41,929 nucleotides of DNA from IMG/VR virus record IMGVR_UViG_3300005326_000077, positions 1 through 41,929 of that record; one strand, given 5' to 3'. The notes beneath the pieces were generated by a model. It did not search any database, was not told the origin of the DNA, and saw only the letters and a list, made by a program, of their open reading frames with translations. Shown here piece after piece: positions 34,797 to 41,929 of the stretch. Numbering within the stretch: position 1 is the first letter of the stretch; every line of letters starts with the position of its first letter. Made by a program: the position numbers and the translations under genes. Origin of the DNA: a virus (Duplodnaviria; Caudoviricetes).

Positions 34797-34914
34797 CGCA
34801 TGTTGTTTTATAGATTTTCATATCAACAGAAAGGGAGTTTGCTGCTTTTTTAGCAAGAATCCTTACAATATCCAAATCCCTATATCTTTCATTAATTCTA
34901 TCACTGCAAGCCAT
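34624..34914 (-). CDS. Small tail-region hypothetical protein
   Basis: MACSDRINERYRDLDIVRILAKKAA; start overlaps the stop of 34901..35326. Confidence 0.55.
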   Translation of the reverse strand: MACSDRINERYRDLDIVRILAKKAANSLSVDMKIYKTTCDGIQVYKFSPDWQGEIAETVQFDRTNSSNNILSNNEDWRQISTKDQVKKGSSTRNPK

Positions 34915-35326
34915 CTTTTATCTTTTTATTAAATATTGGAAATACATCTTCATTTAAATATGCTTGAAAATTTTTATTATTTAAAATAAAAACTTTTGCA
35001 CCATATTGTTTTAGTATTTGAGAGTTTTTGCTGTCTCTAGATCTTGCTATTAAACTGTATTTCATTATTCTGACATACAATTTAGACCTAAATGCGCCGG
35101 TTAGTTTTAGATCAATCCTGCCTTTTGCCTTTGGATTCATCTTTCTTTTAATAGCTGAGTACTCCTTGCTTTTATATTTAGACATAAACCCATGACCATG
35201 TTTACCTTCATCAAGTTGGTTATTTAGTCTATCTATATAACTTGATTTGGTATCCCTGATTGATTCATCAAGGATACCTTTAACATCAAGTTCTTCAGCT
35301 TTTTTCCTCAGTTCCTGTATGTTCAT
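34901..35326 (-). CDS. Putative neck / tail completion protein
   Basis: Basic protein with YSAIKRK...RIDLKLTGAFRSKL motif typical of virion morphogenesis proteins. Confidence 0.6.
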   Translation of the reverse strand: MNIQELRKKAEELDVKGILDESIRDTKSSYIDRLNNQLDEGKHGHGFMSKYKSKEYSAIKRKMNPKAKGRIDLKLTGAFRSKLYVRIMKYSLIARSRDSKNSQILKQYGAKVFILNNKNFQAYLNEDVFPIFNKKIKDGLQ

Positions 35327-36225
35327 TACGCAATTGTAATTACAGCAGGTCCAGTTGACTTAATTGGGTCACCAACTGTTGTGGCTGTTGTTGGTGGTTT
35401 AAGATCAACTGAACCACTAACCATTGCGGCACCAGGAAACTCGTAGTTGCCATCACCAAGATCAATCATAGCGGCTGCTGTTGGAGCGGTTGTTGTGAAA
35501 ACAAAGTCTGCTTGCAAAATACCAGCAATTCCAATTTTATTCTTAGAACCATCAGACGCAATTCCGTCAATGTATGAAACGTTGACAACAATCTTTGTTG
35601 CAATTGCAGAAACTACAGTTAACAAAACTGGTGAGACTGGTTTTAACTCATCAACAAACCAGCCCTGTTTGATGAATACACCTTTCTCGTTCCACTGTTT
35701 TGCATCAGCCTGGTCGATAACAATTGGCGTCCATGCTGGAGTGTTATCCTGCATTGCGCCAGACATTTTTTCCGGGTTAAACATTTCAACAGAAAATCCA
35801 CGAACGGTAATACCGTCAGGTGAATATGCGCTGAAGTTTCCAGCACTGTCAACAGTCACGATTTCAACATTTGCATTTCTGAAAGACTGTAATGCTTTGT
35901 GAACTTCTAATGATTTGTTAAAACGGAATACATGTCTGTAATTTCCGAGACGGCGTGGAATACGTTTTCCAGTTGGAGATTCATAGTATTGCGACTCTTC
36001 TGAGTTATCGTCGATTTCAACAACACCGTGAATAGGGATGAGATCTCCTGATTTAATCAGTGATAAGTAATCTGCTTTTGTTGCAAACTTTACAAATGTA
36101 TCAAAACCAATACCGGCTTTGAAAACAAGCAAGGAAACAACGTCAAGAAATGGATTACCTTTTGCACAAGCAAGTGAACCAATAGGCGCAAGTTCACTTG
36201 AACAAACATTTACAATTCCTGGCAT
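35326..36225 (-). CDS. Major tail (tube) protein
   Basis: 299 aa, codon usage like the capsid gene, upstream of the tape measure, Ig-like C-terminal extension. Confidence 0.65.
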   Translation of the reverse strand: MPGIVNVCSSELAPIGSLACAKGNPFLDVVSLLVFKAGIGFDTFVKFATKADYLSLIKSGDLIPIHGVVEIDDNSEESQYYESPTGKRIPRRLGNYRHVFRFNKSLEVHKALQSFRNANVEIVTVDSAGNFSAYSPDGITVRGFSVEMFNPEKMSGAMQDNTPAWTPIVIDQADAKQWNEKGVFIKQGWFVDELKPVSPVLLTVVSAIATKIVVNVSYIDGIASDGSKNKIGIAGILQADFVFTTTAPTAAAMIDLGDGNYEFPGAAMVSGSVDLKPPTTATTVGDPIKSTGPAVITIA

Positions 36226-36243
36226 TTTAGTAATTTTATAAGT

Positions 36244-36774
36244 TTAACAATTTTCAATAATTCTTAAGTTAAGACCATCTATGGTTATTGCATCAATATA
36301 GTCATTGAATACATTTCCGGTATTTCCATACAAACCCTCTCTACCCCATTGTAAGTTTTCAGTATACTTGTGATAGAACTTATTTGTTGATGCAAATTTA
36401 CCAGATTTTTCAATGTAATAAATAAGCAAGTCATATATTGGTCTAAGTATTGGTATGATATTATTTTCATACCTCTCCATTGTGGAGTAATCCTTTTTTG
36501 TTTGGTTGCATATTATTATAGTAACATCTTCAACAGATCTTTTTGTAGCAAGTCTATTATCAATTGTTTCTTCTAATGAATCAGGTATAACAAGCCAAAC
36601 AAGTGGATAACGTGTGTTTTTGTAATCCTTAGACTCTGCCATCTTTTTAAGAGTATTAACAACTTCTATTGTTGTTCCATACTGATAATTAAGAGTAGAA
36701 TTAATTAATTTAGTCCTGACAATATCAACAACTTCACCAATTATATATGGTAATGGTTTATAAGTCGAAGCCAT
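36244..36774 (-). CDS. Putative tail terminator / head-tail joining protein
   Basis: Position before the tail tube; RYPLVWL, RYENNIIPILRPIY, FNDYIDAI. Confidence 0.55.
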   Translation of the reverse strand: MASTYKPLPYIIGEVVDIVRTKLINSTLNYQYGTTIEVVNTLKKMAESKDYKNTRYPLVWLVIPDSLEETIDNRLATKRSVEDVTIIICNQTKKDYSTMERYENNIIPILRPIYDLLIYYIEKSGKFASTNKFYHKYTENLQWGREGLYGNTGNVFNDYIDAITIDGLNLRIIENC

Positions 36775-37309
36775 TTATTCCACCTTTAAGATTAGTAAAA
36801 ATCCAAGAATCAAACTCACTAACAACTGGTTTTTTGGCCGATAAGTAATTGTATGCAGAAGGAATTAATCTGCTTTGCCCAGGATATCCATACATTTCTT
36901 CGAATTCACTGTATGCTGAGTATATTTTCGGAAGTATTGTTGCGACTGAAGATAGTTCGCTATTTCCTGAAAAATTACCAACTTGTTGAAGCGATGATGC
37001 TGATTTTCTCAAATACTCACAATAAATATAATGTGATATAAGTGATATTTTTTCAGCATTTTTTAATCCAGGCCATTTTAATTTAACGGTCTTGCCATTA
37101 TAGCTAATCTCATAAACTCCACCATTTATCAACTCTCTATATGGTTCCGAATCTGCATCTAATACAGAGAAGAGTTCGTAGCCAAGCAAAAAGACTAACA
37201 CTTCTTTTTCAAATTTAGAAATGTAATCTCCAACTGAACCATACTGATTGGCTGATTCTGGAATTGAAATATCAGTATGAAAATAGCTTTCGTCTATAAG
37301 ATTAGCCAT
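36758..37309 (-). CDS. Putative head-tail adaptor
   Basis: Position after capsid; LIDESYF...YISKFEKEVL..LLGYELF. Confidence 0.55.
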   Translation of the reverse strand: MANLIDESYFHTDISIPESANQYGSVGDYISKFEKEVLVFLLGYELFSVLDADSEPYRELINGGVYEISYNGKTVKLKWPGLKNAEKISLISHYIYCEYLRKSASSLQQVGNFSGNSELSSVATILPKIYSAYSEFEEMYGYPGQSRLIPSAYNYLSAKKPVVSEFDSWIFTNLKGGINGFDL

Positions 37310-37322
37310 GGCTGCTGTTTAA

Positions 37323-37637
37323 TTACTCTGTTTTGCCAGCATTAACACCATTAATATCAGTACCATCAGTTTTACCTTCGTTTCCTTCGGTACCTTTAGT
37401 ATCTGATTTTGTTTCAACAGATGTTTCAACTGGGGTTTCAATTACTTTTTTTGGCATATAACCAAGCGGTTTTGTTGTTCTTACACATACACCTTTTTTC
37501 AAAAGATCTTTGTATAAAACAGGGTGCACTTCTGTGACTGTTCCAGCTTTTAAAGCAGAATAGTCTTCGATAATCTCAACTCTAATAACATGTCGAGTTT
37601 GTTTATCTTTTGGCTGTCTAACTTTTGACGTTATCAT
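37323..37637 (-). CDS. Small capsid-associated hypothetical protein
   Basis: 104 aa with a low-complexity C-terminus; typical post-capsid position. Confidence 0.6.
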   Translation of the reverse strand: MITSKVRQPKDKQTRHVIRVEIIEDYSALKAGTVTEVHPVLYKDLLKKGVCVRTTKPLGYMPKKVIETPVETSVETKSDTKGTEGNEGKTDGTDINGVNAGKTE

Positions 37638-37640
37638 TTG

Positions 37641-38060
37641 TTACTCTAAATATAGTTTAACAATCTGATTTGTAACAGTAGATGTACCAGTACCGGTTCC
37701 AGTGTACAATATGTTGTATTTTCTATACCGATTCTCAGTAGCATTACTAATTACAATAATAGTGTCATTTGTTGATAACTTCCAAACAACAGGTGAACCT
37801 ATGTTTACCCACGTATCACCAAATTTACTACCACGCAACTGTACTGAAACAGCTGTTTGTGAACTTGTTCCACCATCAGAAATATTAACCTTAATATCCT
37901 GTGTTGTTGGAAAGTGTTGAGGCATGTCAAACGTAGTTGACACAGGAGTCGCATTTACAACAAGTAAATCATTTGTAACTTCCTTAAAGGTAGTTTGAGC
38001 CATTGTTGTGTTAACTGCAATCGCTACGACTGTAGTTAACATTAAGATAAATTTTTTCAT
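37641..38060 (-). CDS. Beta-sandwich protein (decoration-like) with Sec signal peptide
   Basis: MKKFILMLTTVVAIAVNTTMA|QTT; VQLRGSKFGDTWVNI...RYRKYNILYTG; TAATG-coupled to the capsid gene. Confidence 0.7.
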   Translation of the reverse strand: MKKFILMLTTVVAIAVNTTMAQTTFKEVTNDLLVVNATPVSTTFDMPQHFPTTQDIKVNISDGGTSSQTAVSVQLRGSKFGDTWVNIGSPVVWKLSTNDTIIVISNATENRYRKYNILYTGTGTGTSTVTNQIVKLYLE

Positions 38061-39469
38061 TATGCCTGTACTTTTTCAATTCCAGCAATAACATTTGCAA
38101 TATCGTCATAGACGAATGCTCTTTTTTCCAATTCCTTTACGTATACGTAGAAACGGCCTTCACCAAGCATGGTGAACAAGTTTTTAATGAACTGATCGTT
38201 AATCCAACCAATACGAACACTGTAGGCAACGTAATCAATGATGTTCAGTTTCATGAAGTCACCCATCAAAATTTTTCCTGCTGGAATTTTTGATTTAGCA
38301 ACAATGCGAATACCATCAATGGTCTTATCACCAAACAGTGTGAATGATGGGAATAAATACTGACCATTATTGTCTTTTGTCAAACGCAATCCAGCAAAGT
38401 CACCAGGATTCACAAAGCAAACATTAGGATAAAACTCAACATCATCTGTATAAGATGGAGTTGTGTAAATCTGGTTTGCAACTGCGATAACAGCATCATG
38501 CAAATTTGGTTTAACAATTTTTTCGGCAACCCATGTTGCAGGATTAAATGCTGATGCAATTTTCGTTACGCCAAGTGGATTTTGCTGCAAACCATCACCA
38601 AATAAGATTCCATTCTGACGTTTCAACAAATACTTACGGAACAAATATCCGCGAGCAGTCGATTCAAGACGTGGAATGTCAGTGATAGACTCTTCAGTCA
38701 AAATTTCGTAACCTGCAGCTTTTACTGGAGATGCTGTACGAACTTCAATGTTTAAATCCAACTGTGCTTTCTCTCCACCCTCAGCAATGAAATAAACATC
38801 ACCTTCACCAGGCACGTAATCAACGTATGTGTATACAGGTTTATTTGTTGAGCCGGTGTTTGAAAAGTCCTCAATGAATGGCATCGTTAAACGAATGTCG
38901 TTAATCTCATCAGCATTCAACATATCAAGTAGTGCATTACCACCAGTAGTTGTAGCGACGTTTCCAGTTGTGATAGTTCCAACAGCCTTAGTTACTTCAA
39001 GTGAACCATGGCGAGATTCGTAGAAACTCTTAATTTCATCTGCAAGGCCTTCGCGTTTAAACGCAGACTGAATCATTGACTTGATAGTCATCTTGGCAAC
39101 ATCACCAACTGACTTATTTTCAAGTTCAAGTCCATGTGCTTTAATTGCTTCTGAAATTTCTTTGATGGTTTCAGCTTTGATGCCAAGTTTCTCAAGTTTC
39201 TTATCAATATCTTCCATAGAAGCGGCGCCTTTTGTTTTATACTCTTCCTCAATTGCACTTTTAATGCCATCAGAAAGAGTAGCAAACACACGATTCAATT
39301 CAGTAGCAAGTGCATCGGAATCTCCGATAGCAGCAGATTTAATAACAGGAACTGCCAATGGAATTGCCAGGACAGTTGCAGCCGTTGCGTCTCCAGTGAT
39401 AAATGAAACTGCCAAGAAGGCCATCCAAACCAGAGAGGCTAATACAAAAAGAATTTTTTTAGTCCTCAT
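38060..39469 (-). CDS. Major capsid protein, HK97 fold, with hydrophobic N-terminal extension and delta-like scaffold region
   Basis: Follows the protease; FIAEGGEK, ILFGDG..NPLG, VNPGDF..LRLTKDNNGQYL, IPAGKILMGDF, FIKNLFTMLGE. Confidence 0.92.
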   Translation of the reverse strand: MRTKKILFVLASLVWMAFLAVSFITGDATAATVLAIPLAVPVIKSAAIGDSDALATELNRVFATLSDGIKSAIEEEYKTKGAASMEDIDKKLEKLGIKAETIKEISEAIKAHGLELENKSVGDVAKMTIKSMIQSAFKREGLADEIKSFYESRHGSLEVTKAVGTITTGNVATTTGGNALLDMLNADEINDIRLTMPFIEDFSNTGSTNKPVYTYVDYVPGEGDVYFIAEGGEKAQLDLNIEVRTASPVKAAGYEILTEESITDIPRLESTARGYLFRKYLLKRQNGILFGDGLQQNPLGVTKIASAFNPATWVAEKIVKPNLHDAVIAVANQIYTTPSYTDDVEFYPNVCFVNPGDFAGLRLTKDNNGQYLFPSFTLFGDKTIDGIRIVAKSKIPAGKILMGDFMKLNIIDYVAYSVRIGWINDQFIKNLFTMLGEGRFYVYVKELEKRAFVYDDIANVIAGIEKVQA

Positions 39470-39480
39470 TTTTAAAAGAT

Positions 39481-40344
39481 TTAAAGTTTAAAATTTATTT
39501 TTTTACTAAAATCAGATAGTAGAACCACTTTTTGTGTGTCTTCTTTGGATGAGTCTTTATGAATATCCTTCAAAGACGGAGACATTTCGGCGAGTTCATA
39601 TATCATTTGTTGCAGTTGCGAAAGTTCATAGTTAAATGCTTCTTTATTGCCAATATCCTTTCGCATTGCTTTCTGTGCTAAGATAGCAATTTTTTGTGAA
39701 ATGATATCAGCAATTTCAATTTTATTTTCACTTTTTGTTCCAATATATGGAGTTAATTTATTGGCCCCAAAAGTTACTGTAGAATATTCCCACCACTTAA
39801 TTTCTTTTACAGCCCAGAGGTAGCCAACTTCATCGGCATCTTCTGGATTTATCAAGAGTGACATAATTTTATCCCAATCCTGTGTTCCTTTTTCAATGAA
39901 GTCAAGTAATTTATACCTAAAACCAATTGAATGTTGGTTGTACATTCCAACATTATATTTTATTAAAGTATCTTCACCATCTTCTGTTTCTGGCAGGTAT
40001 GATTCACAAACAAGTGCAAGTTTTCCCTCAACAAGCTCTTCACGTTCATCAAGAGACTTTCCAACCTGTTTATTCATGTCATGATAAAGCAAATGCGCAA
40101 TCTTGTCATTTGCTGTAGTTTTTGCACCACGCTGAGAAATTGAACGGTTTGCACAACCTTTTAGCAATACGTCCATATCATAGTCGAAGAAATTTAATGT
40201 ATTTGCAACAACTGTTACAGTTCTGTTTTCAGTATTGATTTCCTGATTTGATTTTATAAGGTTGCTATTAGCTTTTACTGGAGCTGGTAGACTTCTTTTC
40301 TTTTGTAAAGCTAACTCTGTGTCGAAATTAAATTTATTTTTCAT
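39481..40344 (-). CDS. HK97-family prohead protease
   Basis: DYDMDVL, HLLYHD, QHSIGF, WEYSTVTFGAN. Confidence 0.88.
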   Translation of the reverse strand: MKNKFNFDTELALQKKRSLPAPVKANSNLIKSNQEINTENRTVTVVANTLNFFDYDMDVLLKGCANRSISQRGAKTTANDKIAHLLYHDMNKQVGKSLDEREELVEGKLALVCESYLPETEDGEDTLIKYNVGMYNQHSIGFRYKLLDFIEKGTQDWDKIMSLLINPEDADEVGYLWAVKEIKWWEYSTVTFGANKLTPYIGTKSENKIEIADIISQKIAILAQKAMRKDIGNKEAFNYELSQLQQMIYELAEMSPSLKDIHKDSSKEDTQKVVLLSDFSKKINFKL

Positions 40345-40735
40345 ATACCGAATTTTTTAAGTTTTCTTAATTCTCTTTTTATCTTTTTTATTTTGCGTTC
40401 AAGTATATCATAATTAAAATCCTTATTATAATAAAAAGACAATTGTCCCAACATATAACTATTCATAAATTCGTTTAAATAATCATCTTCAGAAATAATT
40501 ATATTTTTTCTTTTATCAGATGAAATACTTGCATCATAAATGCAGTTATAAAATGATCTTGACGCAAATATAGAATCAGTCTCCATTGCAGCAGTTGATG
40601 CTACTTTTTTAGTTTGTTCAATAAATACTGAATCAGCCCTTGTAAATTCTTTTTCAAATCTATTTTGTCCAAGTGTAAACAATGGAAAAATTAACAAAAA
40701 TAAAACAATTCCTTTCATATACCGAATTTTTTAAG
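40339..40735. repeat. Perfect 23-bp direct repeat (40339-40361 and 40713-40735) flanking the inserted gene
   Basis: tttcatataccgaattttttaag at both positions. Confidence 0.92.
40341..40718 (-). CDS. Inserted hypothetical protein with Sec signal peptide
   Basis: MKGIVLFLLIFPLFTLG|QNR; ends LKKFGI like the portal; ATGA overlaps on both sides. Confidence 0.7.
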   Translation of the reverse strand: MKGIVLFLLIFPLFTLGQNRFEKEFTRADSVFIEQTKKVASTAAMETDSIFASRSFYNCIYDASISSDKRKNIIISEDDYLNEFMNSYMLGQLSFYYNKDFNYDILERKIKKIKRELRKLKKFGI

Positions 40736-41929
40736 CTCAAGTTTATACTGATCGATTGTGATTGCATTATCTTCGAGTGCTTTCGTAAGTGCGTTTACTG
40801 TTAACATCAAACTTTGTGCTCTTTCTTTACGTTCTGTCTCGAAAATTGGCAGGTGATCGAATTTTGGTACCAAACGATAGCCTTTCCTCTCATAAGTAGC
40901 AAATTTCTTATTAATACCAGCGATTCTACGGTTTGCTTCAGGTATAATCGTATCGCGATACCACTGTCTTTGGGCCTCTTTTTTGTTGTCAAAAGTAGTA
41001 TTTCTTATTGAAGAAAGTAGTTCATATGGTGTTCCATAGGCGTCACAAATCTTCAAAGTATCTTCACGTGTCTCTTCAAATAGCTTTAATTTGTCAACAT
41101 CAATAGCCATTTGTTGCCAATTTAGAGCTAAATTAGTAATGATAACTTGCCATTGTGACTTAGTTAAGCCATATTTCTTGAACTCTTCTTGCACCTTTTC
41201 CTTTTCAGCCTTGTTCATTGGTGCGACGCCGCCGATTCCGTCACGTGCTGCATTTGATAAGATACCAATAGCACCACGATTAACAATAAGAACGTTTCTT
41301 GCCTCGTATGCAGCTTTTATGTTCTCAATTGCTGGTTTTAATGCATCAAGTTTAGAATTTCCACGATAAAAATTCTCTTTACTTGTAAAAGTGACGTTAT
41401 TGTCGTTTAAGTGCATTAAATTGTCAATATTCAGCAGTTTTCGATCGCCACCGAAGTCCTGGTAGGTATAAACAAGTTCTTTTGGGAAGGATGTCAATAA
41501 ATAAAATGGCATATTAGATGGCTGCACTCCTGCTCTCTGTTCTATATTAACAGCATGTGGTGGCAGTGTGAACAATCCACTAGGTTGTTTCATTCCAAGT
41601 GGCTTAGGTGCATACATAAATTCGTCGCCGAAAATATCGCGGAAAAGTGTAGTTTGGCCGAAAAGTTCTTCTTTTGTTTGGAAATAGTTTGGTTCTTCAA
41701 TCAAATCAATCAAGTAGTCATCTACTTCCATCTCATGCCCAGCCTTATCAACCGCTACTATTCTAATGTTACCCGCGGCACGTGCACGTAGGTTTAAAAT
41801 GGCATTTACTTCAGGAATACCTGTGAAAGCTGCAATCCTGGATGCATTTGAGAAACCACCACCAAACGAAAAAGTAGCACCACTTCCAATTATTTGAACA
41901 AATTGCTCATTAAATTCTTCAAGTATAGC
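40715..41929 (-). CDS. Portal protein (HK97-like), 3' part; start at 269 across the join
   Basis: LIEEPNYFQT, IFGDEF, LFTLPP, RGNSKLDALK, NRGAIGILS, ICDAYGTPYELL...TFDNKKEA. Confidence 0.92.
   Translation of the reverse strand, partial: AILEEFNEQFVQIIGSGATFSFGGGFSNASRIAAFTGIPEVNAILNLRARAAGNIRIVAVDKAGHEMEVDDYLIDLIEEPNYFQTKEELFGQTTLFRDIFGDEFMYAPKPLGMKQPSGLFTLPPHAVNIEQRAGVQPSNMPFYLLTSFPKELVYTYQDFGGDRKLLNIDNLMHLNDNNVTFTSKENFYRGNSKLDALKPAIENIKAAYEARNVLIVNRGAIGILSNAARDGIGGVAPMNKAEKEKVQEEFKKYGLTKSQWQVIITNLALNWQQMAIDVDKLKLFEETREDTLKICDAYGTPYELLSSIRNTTFDNKKEAQRQWYRDTIIPEANRRIAGINKKFATYERKGYRLVPKFDHLPIFETERKERAQSLMLTVNALTKALEDNAITIDQYKLELKKFGI
41772..41929. repeat. Terminal direct repeat (copy of 1-158)
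   Basis: 157 of 158 positions identical to the window start. Confidence 0.97.

Noticed and set aside
1-41929. Alternative genetic code (stop-codon reassignment)
   Set aside because: Core genes are intact and densely packed under the standard code, and TAA, TAG and TGA all end genes at sensible boundaries.

Overview
The window is an apparently complete, circularly assembled, AT-rich tailed phage genome (unit length about 41,771 bp; bases 1-158 repeat at 41772-41929 with one mismatch). It is siphovirus-like, and the host is probably Bacteroidota, judging from TAnnTTTG promoter boxes, SD-less AT-rich starts, a BT4734/VirE-N primase and a DUF5675 lysin. The + strand (4657-20115) carries small early genes, a Sak/Rad52-like annealase, YqaJ exonuclease, SSB-like protein, SF2 helicase, HNH nuclease, a nucleotide-metabolism trio, primase-helicase and VRR-NUC. 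The - strand carries TerS, TerL, portal (spanning the contig join), HK97 protease and capsid, head-tail and tail genes, tape measure, a 1695-aa fibre and the lysis genes. No integrase, repressor, DNA polymerase, RT or CRISPR array was recognised. The most striking signals are: (1) a thymidylate-synthase homolog with the Asn177->Asp (and His147->Tyr) changes that mark dCMP specificity, next to a divergent dUTPase, suggesting nucleotide-level cytosine modification without a phage polymerase; (2) virion-module proteins with membrane-targeting N-termini (capsid with a hydrophobic hairpin; capsid-adjacent protein, portal-adjacent protein and tail fibre with Sec-like signal peptides followed by Gln); (3) a gene inserted between portal and protease inside a perfect 23-bp direct repeat; (4) a mirror-symmetric 6+6 AGTGCT array; (5) a D-arm-less tRNA-like element; and (6) a CC/GG-depleted inverted cassette between TerL and portal. 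All functional calls come from motif recognition by eye, not database searches.
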